A stretch of DNA of 61,525 nt from Candidatus Ruminococcus primaciens (GCA_037465745.1 DAPZRJ010000001.1:1-61525), one strand, 5' to 3'. Positions 36,828-48,026 are shown, numbered from the stretch's first letter. The notes: generated by a model from the sequence alone, not told the origin. A program made the numbers and translations.

Positions 36828-39149
36828 ATGGATACACCATCTAATTCAATGAAATTTCGAGCAAAAATAACAATGGTGGGAGTTTTTGCAATACTCTTTT
36901 CATTTGTTATATATAAGTTCTTTGAAATATCGGTTCTTGAAAATGATAAATATCAGGAAATGGCTAATGACTATCATTTCGGCACTATAACAATATCAGC
37001 AAACAGAGGCTCTATATATGATTCCAAGGGGACTCCGCTTGCAAGAAGTGCATCTGTATATAAAATATTTCTTGATCCTACGGCTTACCGCAGAGATCTT
37101 GAAAATCTTCAGGATAAAATAAATAAAGCGGCTGAGGAAAAACAGGCAGGTACATATCAGCAAAAAGAAGGAGAACCTGATTTACCTGTAACAGCCGAAT
37201 CCTACAGACTGGAAACAGTTTCATTCCTTTCTGATAAACTCGGAATAAAAATAGAAGAAGTTGAAAACGCAATGAGTGCTGATAATCAGTACAGCATTCT
37301 TCAGACTCAGGTTGAAAAGCCTGTTGCAGATGAAGTTTTAAAATATTTTTCTGTCTATGATTTTTCTTCCATTCATGTTGAAGAGGATACAAAACGCTAT
37401 TATCCGCAGAATGAAATAGCTGCGTCAGTTATTGGCTTTACTTCTGCTGACGGAAATGGTGCTTACGGTATTGAGGCTTATTATGATGAATACCTTTCAG
37501 GTATAGACGGAAAAACTATTTCTGCCAAAGACTCAAACGGAAATGAGATGCCTTACCGATATGCAAAAACATATGCACCAAAGGACGGAAATGATTTGTA
37601 TCTTACAATAGATACAACGCTTCAATATTATCTTGAAAAGCACCTTAATGAGATGATTACAAAATTTGAGGTGCAGAATCGTGCCTGTGCAATATTGATG
37701 AATGTAAAGACAGGAGCAGTTTACGGAATGGCGTCCTGTCCGAGCTTTGACCTTAACAATCCGTATGAAATTGCAGATGAAAAGGTTGCGGCATCAATTG
37801 CAAGACTTACAGGCGAAGAAAGTAAAAAGGCAAAGTCTGATGCAAGAGAAGCACAGTGGAAAAATAAAGCAATTTCAGAAATATATGAGCCGGGTTCAGT
37901 TTTCAAGGTAATTACAAGTGCGTCTGCAATTGAAGAAAACCTTATAAATCTGAATGGTGACAGCTTTACATGTACAGGTTACATGGATATTCCGGGTGCA
38001 CTGCATCCGATTGGCTGTCATAATACAAACGGACACGGTACGCAGGACTTTTATCAGGCAATTGCCAATTCGTGCAACCCTGCATTTATGCAGATAGGTG
38101 CAAGACTTGGAATAGATAAATTCTGCTACTACTTTGACGCTTTCGGTCTTACGGAGAAAACAGGAGTAGACCTGCCGGGTGAAGGAACAAGCGTGTATAT
38201 TGAACATGAAAAAATGACGGAGGTTGACCTTGCTTCAAGTTCATTCGGTCAGGCAAATGCAATCACACCAATGGAAATGATTACATCATATGCTGCGGTT
38301 ATAAACGGCGGTTATCTTCTTCAGCCGTATGTCGTTGATAAGGTAGTTGATGATGAGGGAAATGTTATTATTAATAATGAACGTACAGTAAAACGTCAGG
38401 TTGTATCTGAGGATACTTCTTCTGTTATGCGTTATGCACTTGAAAATGTTGTCAATACAAAACCTGAGGGAAACGCTTACATAAAGGGATATAAAATAGG
38501 CGGTAAATCAGGTACATCTCAAAAGCTTGGTATGACAGGTGAGGATGAGGACGCTCAGGAGTATGTAGCATCTTATGTATGCTTTGCACCTGCTGATGAC
38601 CCTGAAATAATTTTACTTGTTATGGCTGATATGCCTAACAAAAAAATTGCTTATTACGGAAGTCAGGTTGCTGTTCCTACTGCAAAGGCAATTCTTGAGG
38701 ACGTTTTAACTTATATGGGTTATTATCCTGAATATGCAGAGGGTGATAAAGTTGATGTAAAAATACCTCTTTTACAGAATAAGGACGTTTCAGATGCCAA
38801 GGCGACTGTTGAAGGACTTGGTCTTACAGCTGAAATTGTCGGAGAGGGTACAACTGTTGTGGCTCAGTCGCCTATAACAGGTTCATCTGTAGCTCAGGGA
38901 GGCTGTGTATATCTTTATACAGAAGAAAATTATAATGCGGAATATGTAGAAGTTCCTGATTTGACAGGAGTAACAGCTGATGACGCTAACGAGGCTCTTG
39001 CATTAAAGGGCTTGAATCTCATGTCAAGTGCATTGCCGACAGACGGTACATCTGCTTTGGTAAAGAGCCAGTCCGTTAAGGCAGGAGCAAAGGTACCTAA
39101 GGGAACAGTAATCAAACTTGAATTCCAGTACAGCGAATTTGCTGACTAA
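36828..39149 (+). CDS. ftsI: Class B PBP with PASTA domains (FtsI/SpoVD family)
   Basis: AAGGAG RBS 7 nt before ATG 36828; RGSIYD, KRYYP, SxxK (GSVFK), SCN, KSG, two C-terminal PASTA-like repeats. Confidence 0.88.
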   Translation: MDTPSNSMKFRAKITMVGVFAILFSFVIYKFFEISVLENDKYQEMANDYHFGTITISANRGSIYDSKGTPLARSASVYKIFLDPTAYRRDLENLQDKINKAAEEKQAGTYQQKEGEPDLPVTAESYRLETVSFLSDKLGIKIEEVENAMSADNQYSILQTQVEKPVADEVLKYFSVYDFSSIHVEEDTKRYYPQNEIAASVIGFTSADGNGAYGIEAYYDEYLSGIDGKTISAKDSNGNEMPYRYAKTYAPKDGNDLYLTIDTTLQYYLEKHLNEMITKFEVQNRACAILMNVKTGAVYGMASCPSFDLNNPYEIADEKVAASIARLTGEESKKAKSDAREAQWKNKAISEIYEPGSVFKVITSASAIEENLINLNGDSFTCTGYMDIPGALHPIGCHNTNGHGTQDFYQAIANSCNPAFMQIGARLGIDKFCYYFDAFGLTEKTGVDLPGEGTSVYIEHEKMTEVDLASSSFGQANAITPMEMITSYAAVINGGYLLQPYVVDKVVDDEGNVIINNERTVKRQVVSEDTSSVMRYALENVVNTKPEGNAYIKGYKIGGKSGTSQKLGMTGEDEDAQEYVASYVCFAPADDPEIILLVMADMPNKKIAYYGSQVAVPTAKAILEDVLTYMGYYPEYAEGDKVDVKIPLLQNKDVSDAKATVEGLGLTAEIVGEGTTVVAQSPITGSSVAQGGCVYLYTEENYNAEYVEVPDLTGVTADDANEALALKGLNLMSSALPTDGTSALVKSQSVKAGAKVPKGTVIKLEFQYSEFAD

Positions 39150-39210
39150 CATACAACAGGCGGCATTGTATAAATGCTGCTCTGCCAATAAAATTTAGAG
39201 GGTGGATGCC

Positions 39211-40650
39211 ATGAAATTGCACGAATTATTGGAAAACAATGCTCATACAGAGCTTGATAATATTGAAATTACGTCAATAACCGATGATACACGAAAGATT
39301 AAAGACGGAAGCTTGTTTGTCTGTGTAAAGGGCGGCAGCTTTGACGGTCACAGTGCTGCTGCACAAATGCTGGAAAAGGGAGCAGCAGTTGTAATAGCGG
39401 AGCATGATCTGGGACTTGGCAGCAGACAGATTATTGTTGATGATTCAAGAGAATTTTACGGAAAGCTTTGTGCAAAATGGTTTGACCACCCTGAAAAAAA
39501 ACTTAAACTTATCGGAATTACAGGAACAAACGGCAAAACTACAATAACAAGTGTAATAAAGCATATATTAACGGAAAACGGACATAAATGCGGGTTAATA
39601 GGTACAATTCAGAATGAGATAGGTGATGAGATTATCCATACGGACAACACAACTCCTATGGCTTATGACCTTATGATGCTTTTTGATAAAATGGTAAAGG
39701 CGGGCTGTGAATATGTTGTAATGGAGGTTTCTTCATTCGGACTTGTTCAGAAAAGAATAGGCTGCTGTCATTTTGATATCGCATTGTTTACTAATCTTAC
39801 TCAGGACCACCTTGACTATCATAAGGATATGGAAGATTACTATCAGGCTAAGAAGCTGCTTTTTGACAAATGCAATCTTGCAATATGCAACATAAATGAC
39901 GATTACGGCAAGCGTCTTTACAGTGAGATAAACTGTGAAAAGAAAACCTATGGAATTTGCGGTACAGCAGATTATTATGCAGACGGAGTAAAGATTAGAG
40001 CAAGCGGTTCAAGTTTCTGGTTCTGTCATGAAGAAAAATCATATTTGGTGGAGTCAAGAATGCCGGGAGCTTTCAATGTATCAAATCTTACTGCGGCAAT
40101 AGCTGTATGTCTTAATTCAGGCATTGAAATAGACAGCATTATATCCTCAATAAAGGACTATGCCGGAGTTAAGGGAAGATGTGAGGTTATCCCTACAGAC
40201 CGTGATTTTACAGTTATATGTGATTATGCACACACTCCTGATGCTTTAGAAAATATTTTGAAGAGTGTAAAGGAATATACAGAGGGCAGACTTATTTGTC
40301 TTTTTGGATGCGGAGGAAACAGAGATGCAGCAAAGCGTCCGAAAATGGCAAAGGCAGCAGCAAAATATGCTGATATGTTGATTATTACATCTGATAATCC
40401 GAGAAATGAAAATCCTGATGAGATAATAAAGGAGATTGTTTCAGGACTTGAAGGATATACTATCCCTTATGATGTAGTAACAGACAGACGTCAGGCTATT
40501 TATCATGCATTGGAGATTGCAAAATCAGGTGATGTTATAGTTTTGGCAGGAAAAGGCCACGAAGATTATCAGATTCTTGCAGATAATGTTCACATTCATT
40601 TTGATGAGCGTGAAATTGTTGCAGAGGGATTAAAATTATTAGGGAGATAA
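39211..40650 (+). CDS. murE: UDP-MurNAc-tripeptide synthetase MurE (meso-DAP type)
   Basis: GITGTNGKTT, MEVSS, NLTQDHLDYH, DYAHTPD, FGCGGNRD, DNPR, LAGKGHE. Confidence 0.96.
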   Translation: MKLHELLENNAHTELDNIEITSITDDTRKIKDGSLFVCVKGGSFDGHSAAAQMLEKGAAVVIAEHDLGLGSRQIIVDDSREFYGKLCAKWFDHPEKKLKLIGITGTNGKTTITSVIKHILTENGHKCGLIGTIQNEIGDEIIHTDNTTPMAYDLMMLFDKMVKAGCEYVVMEVSSFGLVQKRIGCCHFDIALFTNLTQDHLDYHKDMEDYYQAKKLLFDKCNLAICNINDDYGKRLYSEINCEKKTYGICGTADYYADGVKIRASGSSFWFCHEEKSYLVESRMPGAFNVSNLTAAIAVCLNSGIEIDSIISSIKDYAGVKGRCEVIPTDRDFTVICDYAHTPDALENILKSVKEYTEGRLICLFGCGGNRDAAKRPKMAKAAAKYADMLIITSDNPRNENPDEIIKEIVSGLEGYTIPYDVVTDRRQAIYHALEIAKSGDVIVLAGKGHEDYQILADNVHIHFDEREIVAEGLKLLGR

Positions 40651-40651
40651 A

Positions 40652-42001
40652 ATGGAAAAATTGTTACTATCTGAAATAGCGTCAGCAATAAATGCTGAAA
40701 CCTCGCATGAAGCAGAGATTACCGAAATATGCACTGATACACGTCAGCTTTCAAAGGGCTGTCTGTTTATTGCACTGAAGGGCGAGAATTTTGATGCACA
40801 TGACTTTGCTCTAAAAGCCTTTGAGCTTGGAGCTGCTGCTTGCATTACCGAAAGAAAAATTGACGGCTGTGACTGTATCATTGTTGATGACTGCCGTAAA
40901 GCATTGAGGGATATTGCATATTTTTACCGCAATAAATTTAACCTTTTCCTTGTCGGAGTTACAGGAAGCGTGGGAAAAACGACTACAAAGGAAATGATTG
41001 CTCTCGCACTTTCTTCAAAACTGAATACTCTTAAAACTCAGGGTAATCTGAATAATGAAATCGGACTGCCGAAAACATTGTTTAATCTTACTTCGGAACA
41101 TCAGGCAGCAGTAATTGAAATGGGAATGTCACATTTCGGAGAAATAAGCCGCCTTACAAGGACAGCGTCACCGTTATCTGCCGGAGTTATAACGAATATC
41201 GGATTTTCACATATTGAAAATCTTAAGTCACAGGAGGGCATACTGAAAGCGAAGCTTGAAATTACGGAGGGTATGCCGGAAAATTCACCGCTTGTTCTGA
41301 ACGGTGATGATAAGCACCTTTGGGAAGTTAAGGATAAGCTTAACCGAAAGGTTTATACATATTCGATAGAAAACAGCGATGCTGATTTCAGGGCAGAAAA
41401 CATAAATGAGCATGACGGCATTACAGAGTTTACTGCTGTTTATGAGGGAAAAAGAAAAGATGTAATTTTGTCGGCGGTCGGCAGACATAACGTTATGAAT
41501 GTGCTTGCGGCAATATGCATAGGAAGAATAGCAGGCATTGATGATGATTTGATTATCAATTCATTTGCAAAGTATCAGCCTGACGCATTAAGACAGAATA
41601 TTTCAGTAAAAAAGGGACAGACAGTAATAACAGATTGTTATAATGCAAGTCCTGATTCAATGAGAGCCTCTTTGAGCGTACTTGACGGAATGAAGTGCAG
41701 TGGACGTAAAATAGCAGTTCTCGGAGATATGCTTGAAATGGGTGAAATGTCTGAAAAGCTGCACAGAATGTTTGGAGAAATGGCAGTAAAAATTAAGCCT
41801 GATATGATTTTTTGATACGGAAATGACGCACAATTTATATATGATACCGTAAAGAAATCAGGTATAGATGCATTTTATTCTCCTGATAAAAAAGAAATTG
41901 CAGATGCAGTTTCAAAATATGCAAAAGAGGACGATGTTGTTCTGTTTAAAGCAAGCAGGGGTATGCGTCTTGAAGAAATAATCAGTGAAGTTTATGACTA
42001 G
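40652..42001 (+). CDS. murF: MurF ligase with one in-frame TGA at 41813-41815; frame continues to TAG at 41999-42001
   Basis: GVTGSVGKTTTK, NNEIGLP, EMGMSH, DCYNASP, VLGDMLE; after the TGA: YGNDAQFIY...VLFKASRGMRLEEII; 450 codons in total; mraY RBS directly follows the TAG. Confidence 0.9.
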
Positions 42002-42012
42002 GAGCAGTAATT

Positions 42013-43062
42013 ATGCCGTTTTGGTTTAATTTATCAGTATCAATTCTTTCTATGGTTATAGCCGCAGTTTCAGGTCTGGGACTTGTTCCGTATCTCCATA
42101 AGCTGAAATTCGGTCAGCCGATAAAAACAGTGGACGGACCTAAATGGCATGCAAAAAAACAAGGTACACCCACAATGGGCGGTATCATGTTTATATTGTC
42201 AACGGTTGCCGCAACAATTATCGGGTACTGTATTTTCAGGTGGAAATGCGGTATTGACATAACCGACAAGGTTAACAGCAATGCTGCATTGACAGTTTTA
42301 AGCTGTCTGATATTTTCACTTTTGTTTGCTCTTATAGGATTTATTGATGATTTTATAAAGGTGGCAAAAAAGCATAATGAGGGACTTACACCTATGCAGA
42401 AAATAGTATTGCAGCTTTTGTTTGCAGGAGCTTTTCTTGGAACTTTATATCTGTTTGGTGATAAGTCAACAGAAATAGATTTGGCATTTATTACTTTTGA
42501 TGTTGGTATCTTTTACTATCCGTTGATGATTGCCGTTATAATATATCTTACAAATGCTGTAAACCTTACTGACGGTGTAGACGGGCTTTGCGGTTCGGTT
42601 ACATTTGTTGCAATGCTGATATTTACGGTAGGCTGTTCAATATTGAAGTTTACAGAGCTTTCAATATTTACAATGGCTGTTGCGGGTGGTTGTTTAGGAT
42701 TTCTTCTCTGGAATTTAAATCCTGCAAAATGCTTTATGGGAGATACAGGCTCTATGTTTCTTGGTGCGGCTGTAACTGCTGTCGGACTGGTGCTTCACAA
42801 GCATTTATTTATATTCCTCACCGCACTTGTTTATATATGTGAGGCACTTTCAGTTGTAATTCAGGTAACATATTTCAAGTATACAGCAAAAAAGCATTTC
42901 AAAGCGACAGGTGTTAAGGGACAGGGAAAAAGAATTTTCAAAATGACTCCGATTCATCATCATTTTGAAATGAGTAATTTCAGTGAATATAAAATTGTTG
43001 TTACATTTTCAATATTCGGATTGATTTCAGGAGTATTGGGGATAATTACTCTGCTTAGGTGA
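42013..43062 (+). CDS. mraY: Phospho-MurNAc-pentapeptide transferase
   Basis: KQGTPTMGG, GFIDD, NAVNLTDGVDGL, FMGDTGS, MTPIHHHFE. Confidence 0.97.
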   Translation: MPFWFNLSVSILSMVIAAVSGLGLVPYLHKLKFGQPIKTVDGPKWHAKKQGTPTMGGIMFILSTVAATIIGYCIFRWKCGIDITDKVNSNAALTVLSCLIFSLLFALIGFIDDFIKVAKKHNEGLTPMQKIVLQLLFAGAFLGTLYLFGDKSTEIDLAFITFDVGIFYYPLMIAVIIYLTNAVNLTDGVDGLCGSVTFVAMLIFTVGCSILKFTELSIFTMAVAGGCLGFLLWNLNPAKCFMGDTGSMFLGAAVTAVGLVLHKHLFIFLTALVYICEALSVVIQVTYFKYTAKKHFKATGVKGQGKRIFKMTPIHHHFEMSNFSEYKIVVTFSIFGLISGVLGIITLLR

Positions 43063-43092
43063 CGATAAAAAATTACGTCTGAGGAGGATTAG

Positions 43093-44382
43093 ATGGCTCA
43101 GCAAAAACGCAAAAAAAAGAAGCTTGGTATTGTAAAAACTATAGGCAGAGCCTTTCTTGGTGATGTCCGATACGGAGATATAAGTCTGCCCTTTTTCAGT
43201 TATGTAATGATATTAATTGTAGTCGGACTTGTTATGATGTCCTCTGCAAGCTATGTGTGGGCAAATGAAAAAGAAGGAGACGGGCTGTTCTACGCTAAAA
43301 AGCAGATGTTTGCAGCACTGCTCGGCTTTGTGGTTATGATTTTTCTTGCCGGAATGGATTATCATAATTTCAAAAAGATTAAAATTCCCGGATTGAAAAA
43401 ACTTAATATAGCAGGACTTCTGTATATTTTCGGATTGCTGCTGCTGATACTCGTATTTATTATGGGTACTGATGAAGGCGGTTCAATGGAGGCTAAAAGA
43501 TGGCTTGTTATCGGACCTGTCAACTTCCAGCCTTCTGAGGTTACGAAATTTACTCTGGTAATTTATTTTGCATATCGTATGGAAAGAAAATCTGATGAAA
43601 TGAAAACATTTTCCGGAGGAATTTTAACATACGGTATACTTCTTGCACCTTATGCTGTCTGTATTTTGCTTCAGCCGCACATTTCAGGCTTTGTACTTAT
43701 CTGTGTAATTGCCGCATCATTGATTATATGCGGCGGAGCAAACAAATGGTGGCTTATTTCCATAGCGGTTGTCGGAATTGTCGGAATAGCATGGTTTATT
43801 AACTGGCAGGGCGGCATTGAAGGAAGCTATGTTGCAACACGTCTTAAATCATGGCATGACCCTTTTGCCGATGTTCTCAACGATACATGGCAGACAGCAC
43901 ATTCACTTATTGCAATAGGTTCGGGAGGTCTTTTCGGACTTGGTTTCGGAAATTCAAGACAAAAGTATCTTTATCTTCCTGAAGCACAAAATGACTTTAT
44001 TTTCCCTATTGTTTGCGAGGAGCTTGGCTTTATCGGTGCATTAGCAATAATTCTTGTATTTTTCCTGCTTATTGTTGAGGGATATTCTATTGCTGCAAGA
44101 TGTCAGGATAAATTCGGTATGCTGATTGCAGTGGGATTTACAACTCATATCGGTATTCAGACGATATTCAATCTGGCTGTTGTAAGCAATGCAATACCAA
44201 ATACAGGTATAAGCCTGCCGTTTTTCAGCTATGGAGGTACTGCACTTATAATGCAGATGGCTGAAATGGGAATTATAATGAATATTTCAAGAAAGAGATA
44301 CTATCCTGAGAAAAATGATGATGAAACTTCAGATGAAGCATACGAAGAAGCTCAGCAGGAGGAACTTCCGAAGAATGCTTGA
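43093..44382 (+). CDS. ftsW: SEDS peptidoglycan polymerase FtsW/SpoVE
   Basis: AKRW, QPSE, AIGSGG, YLPEAQNDFIF, EELG, LPFFSYGGT. Confidence 0.92.
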   Translation: MAQQKRKKKKLGIVKTIGRAFLGDVRYGDISLPFFSYVMILIVVGLVMMSSASYVWANEKEGDGLFYAKKQMFAALLGFVVMIFLAGMDYHNFKKIKIPGLKKLNIAGLLYIFGLLLLILVFIMGTDEGGSMEAKRWLVIGPVNFQPSEVTKFTLVIYFAYRMERKSDEMKTFSGGILTYGILLAPYAVCILLQPHISGFVLICVIAASLIICGGANKWWLISIAVVGIVGIAWFINWQGGIEGSYVATRLKSWHDPFADVLNDTWQTAHSLIAIGSGGLFGLGFGNSRQKYLYLPEAQNDFIFPIVCEELGFIGALAIILVFFLLIVEGYSIAARCQDKFGMLIAVGFTTHIGIQTIFNLAVVSNAIPNTGISLPFFSYGGTALIMQMAEMGIIMNISRKRYYPEKNDDETSDEAYEEAQQEELPKNA

Positions 44383-44456
44383 TAATTTTTCATCAGATAC
44401 CTGCGGATATATTTCATTAATCTGAAAAGGAGAGCAGCAATGCTGCGGTTGAATTT

Positions 44457-45608
44457 ATGAGAGTATTATTAGCCGGCGGCGGTACAGGTGGACATATTAA
44501 TCCTGCACTTGCCATTGCAGACATTATTAAAACAAAATATCCTGATTCGGAGTTCCTATTTGCAGGGACTCCAAATGGTATGGAGGCAAAGCTTGTTCCA
44601 CAGGCAGGATATAAGCTTGAAACAATAAAAATTGCAGGATTTCAGCGAAAAATATCTTTGGAGAATATAAAAAGAAATGCTAAAGCTGCTGCATATCTTG
44701 TAACGTCCGGTAAAAGAGCATCGGAAATAGTAAAAGGCTTTAAGCCTGATATTGCAATAGGTACGGGAGGCTATGTTGCCGGGCCGATTATACGAAAAGC
44801 TGCAAGACTTGGCATTCCGTCTGCAATTCATGAGCAGAATGCATTTCCGGGAGTGACAAATAAGCTGCTTTCAAAAGAAGTTGACCATGTAATGCTTACA
44901 GTTATTGAAGCTCTTGATTATATGGATAAGGACAAATTTGAATACACTGTTACAGGTCTTCCTGTAAGAAGTGATATATTAAACATAACCAAATCAGAAG
45001 CAAGAAAAAAACTTGGATTTGATGATGCAATGTGTATTCTTTCATTCGGCGGAAGCCTTGGTGCAGGCTGTATAAATGAAACAATGGCAGAGACAGTCAA
45101 ATGGCATACAAAAGAGGGACTGAAAATCAATCATATTCACGGATACGGCGGAATGGGAAAGGACAGTTTCCCTAAAGCAATGTCTGATGCAGGAATACCA
45201 TTAAAAAGCAATCGTTTGAGAATAACCGAATACATAAACGATATGGACGTTTGTCTTGCAGCAGCAGATTTGGTTATATGCCGAGCAGGAGCTTCAACTC
45301 TTGCAGAGCTTGAAGCTGCAGGCAAAGCGTCAATATTGATACCGTCACCAATCGTTGCAGGAAATCATCAGTTCCATAATGCAAATGTACTTGGAAAAGC
45401 AGGTGCAGCGGTTGTTATAGAGCAAAAGGACGTTACTTCCGACAAGATAATCAATCATATCAAAGAGCTTTATAAAAATCCTGATAAGCTTTCTGTTATG
45501 TCGCAGAACGCTGCAAGGCTTGCAGTAAGAGATACACCTGAGCGTATACTCGGAGTTGTTGATAAGCTGTATAAGAAGTCACAGGAAATGAAAAAAGCTT
45601 CAAAGTAA
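44457..45608 (+). CDS. murG: Lipid II GlcNAc transferase MurG
   Basis: GGGTGGHINP, GTGGYV, HEQN, GGSLGA, CRAGA, HQ..NA. Confidence 0.97.
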   Translation: MRVLLAGGGTGGHINPALAIADIIKTKYPDSEFLFAGTPNGMEAKLVPQAGYKLETIKIAGFQRKISLENIKRNAKAAAYLVTSGKRASEIVKGFKPDIAIGTGGYVAGPIIRKAARLGIPSAIHEQNAFPGVTNKLLSKEVDHVMLTVIEALDYMDKDKFEYTVTGLPVRSDILNITKSEARKKLGFDDAMCILSFGGSLGAGCINETMAETVKWHTKEGLKINHIHGYGGMGKDSFPKAMSDAGIPLKSNRLRITEYINDMDVCLAAADLVICRAGASTLAELEAAGKASILIPSPIVAGNHQFHNANVLGKAGAAVVIEQKDVTSDKIINHIKELYKNPDKLSVMSQNAARLAVRDTPERILGVVDKLYKKSQEMKKASK

Positions 45609-45660
45609 CATAAAAGTCACCAATGACATAGTATATTAAAAAATGCTATGAGGTGATATT

Positions 45661-46917
45661 ATGCAGAAATTAATTGTGCAGGGGGGAGCAAAGCTTAGGG
45701 GCGAGCTTGATCTGCAAGGCTCAAAAAACAGTGCTTTGCCTATAATGGCTGCTGCTTATCTTTGCAGAGGAGAGTGTATACTGCACAACTGTCCCAAACT
45801 TACGGATATATATGCGGCGTCAAGAATATTGAATTACATAGGATGTAAATGCTCCTTTGCAGATAATACTGCTGTTATTACTTCTGCTCAGTCAGGTCAT
45901 ACGGCAATTCCCGAGGAGCTTATGCAGGAAATGCGTTCTTCGATTATTTTTCTCGGAGCATTGCTTGGAAAAAACAAAACAGGTACAGTAAGCTACCCAG
46001 GTGGCTGTGAACTTGGTTCACGTCCTATTGACATGCATTTGTCTTCATTCAGAAAAATGGGTGTTGATATTAAGGAAAAGTTCGGACGTATAACATGCAG
46101 TGTCAGGAAAAATATTCATGGAGCAAAGATTTCACTGCCTTTTCCGTCTGTCGGAGCAACAGAGAACATAATGCTCTGTGCAGTTCTTGCCGATGGAGAA
46201 ACCGTCATTAATAATGCGGCACGAGAACCTGAAATAAAGGATTTGGCGGACTTTTTACGCTGCTGCGGAGCTAAAATAAAAGGTGACGGAGAAAGCAGTA
46301 TAGTTATTGAGGGAGTAAAGGAGCTCCATGGCTGTGAATACACTGTTATGTCTGACAGAATAGCAGGAGCAACATATCTTGCTGCCGCTGCTGCTGCGGG
46401 AGGTGAAATAATAATTCACAAAGCCTGCGTTGGCTGTATGGAGCCGTTTATTTCTCTGCTTGACCAAACAGGATGCAGCATTTACACAATTGATGACGGG
46501 ATTTATCTTAGAAGCGGACTGCGTCTTAAAGCAGTCAGGGATTGCATAAGAACAATGCCGCATCCGGGATTTCCTACTGATGCACAGGCAATTTTAATGG
46601 CGGCATTGATAAAAGCGGACGGCACAAGTGTATTTGAGGAGAATATTTTTGATTGCCGATACAGACATACTGATGCACTTGTAAAAATGGGTGCAGATAT
46701 AACCGTCCTTGGTAAAACGGCAGTTGTCAAAGGTGTTGACAGATTATATGGTGCAAGAGTTGAGGCTACCGATTTAAGAGGCGGAGCAGCAATGGTAATA
46801 GCGGCTCTTATTGCCGAAGGAAAATCAGAAATAACAAGTATAAGTCATATAGACAGAGGATATGAAGAAATAGAGCTGTGTTTACAGCGGCTCGGTGCAG
46901 ATATAAAAAGGGAATAG
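45661..46917 (+). CDS. murA: UDP-GlcNAc 1-carboxyvinyltransferase
   Basis: GSKNSALP, MRSS, PGGCELGSRPID (catalytic Cys), SVGATEN, PGFPTD, DLRGGA, HIDRGY. Confidence 0.95.
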   Translation: MQKLIVQGGAKLRGELDLQGSKNSALPIMAAAYLCRGECILHNCPKLTDIYAASRILNYIGCKCSFADNTAVITSAQSGHTAIPEELMQEMRSSIIFLGALLGKNKTGTVSYPGGCELGSRPIDMHLSSFRKMGVDIKEKFGRITCSVRKNIHGAKISLPFPSVGATENIMLCAVLADGETVINNAAREPEIKDLADFLRCCGAKIKGDGESSIVIEGVKELHGCEYTVMSDRIAGATYLAAAAAAGGEIIIHKACVGCMEPFISLLDQTGCSIYTIDDGIYLRSGLRLKAVRDCIRTMPHPGFPTDAQAILMAALIKADGTSVFEENIFDCRYRHTDALVKMGADITVLGKTAVVKGVDRLYGARVEATDLRGGAAMVIAALIAEGKSEITSISHIDRGYEEIELCLQRLGADIKRE

Positions 46918-46979
46918 AAATTGCAGCAGTTCAAATAAATTTGAAGTGTTGTATAAAAAACAGGAGTTTTTAAAATTTT

Positions 46980-48026
46980 ATGAAAGATGTAGAAAAAACC
47001 AATGTTGAAAGAGAAAACAGCAGTAAGCGTATAAGACGCAGACGGCGGAATATGAATCTTTATGGATTTATAGTTCTTATTCTGGTAATTTGTATCGGTG
47101 TAACAATAAGCTATACGTTTCTGTTTAATATAAATGAAATCAAGGTTTCGGGTGAAGCAAGCGAGTATACTGTTGAAGAAATAGTTGAAGCTTCAGGCAT
47201 TGCAATGGGTGATAATCTGCTTAGAATTGATACAGAGGACGCAGAGAAAAAAATTCTGGACAGTCTGCTGTATATCGAAACTGTTGATGTTAAGAGGAAG
47301 TTTCCGTTTTCACTTGAAATCAACGTTACGAGGTGTATTCCTGCTTTTAATATTTCCTATGAAATGGGAACGCTTGTAGTGAGCAGACAGGGAAAAATTC
47401 TCGAAAACAACGGATATGTTACTGAAGGACTTCCTGTTTTCTACGGGTATGAACCGTCAGAAACAACTGCAAGCAAAAAACTTGTATCAAAGGACGATCA
47501 GAAACAGAAAATATATAATGAACTGACAGCGGCAATGCTTAAAGACAATGAAAATAAAATTGTAAGTGTGGATATGACTGATAAGCATGAAACTGTTATT
47601 ACCTATTCAAACGATATTGTTTTCAAAATGGGCAATTGGAATGATATTCCTTATAAGCTTTCTCTTGCGGAACGTGTTATGCAGGAGGTTGGCAATGAAA
47701 AGGGGTATATATCTATGATTGGAACCAATCAATGTTCTTTCCGTAAAACAGACGGAAAAGGCTTTGAAAGTATAGTAGGTCCGGTTGTAACCGGGACAGA
47801 AACGTCAGTAAGCGGTGATGTTCCTTCCGATATGAATGAAACTGCTACAACAACAGCGTCCGATGATGATTATAACAATAATTGGACTCCTGAAGGTGAA
47901 ACAGAACCTCCTACAGCATCAGATGGTTCTTATATTGATGATGAAGAGGCAATGTTCAGAGAGCATGATGACATGGTTTATGGTACAACAGCTGCGAATG
48001 AAAGCAATGAAGGCGGTGAGTGGTAA
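46980..48026 (+). CDS. ftsQ: Cell division protein FtsQ/DivIB with acidic C-terminal tail
   Basis: Basic N-terminus, TM, POTRA (FNINEIKVSG...VKRKFP); upstream of ftsZ. Confidence 0.8.
   Translation: MKDVEKTNVERENSSKRIRRRRRNMNLYGFIVLILVICIGVTISYTFLFNINEIKVSGEASEYTVEEIVEASGIAMGDNLLRIDTEDAEKKILDSLLYIETVDVKRKFPFSLEINVTRCIPAFNISYEMGTLVVSRQGKILENNGYVTEGLPVFYGYEPSETTASKKLVSKDDQKQKIYNELTAAMLKDNENKIVSVDMTDKHETVITYSNDIVFKMGNWNDIPYKLSLAERVMQEVGNEKGYISMIGTNQCSFRKTDGKGFESIVGPVVTGTETSVSGDVPSDMNETATTTASDDDYNNNWTPEGETEPPTASDGSYIDDEEAMFREHDDMVYGTTAANESNEGGEW

Noticed and set aside
41813..41815. Genome-wide TGA reassignment as the explanation for the murF stop
   Set aside because: Many genes in the window end at TGA at expected positions (thrR, dut, mraY, ftsW) and Trp is encoded by TGG
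45609..45634. SigE-like promoter (ATA...CATAGTAT) before murA
   Set aside because: Spacing is shorter than consensus and the motif is too low in information to call from sequence alone
39157..46956. Weak hairpins at 39157-39187 and 46921-46956 (also 4966-5005) as more repeat copies
   Set aside because: Similarity to the repeat consensus is too low to assert without a profile search
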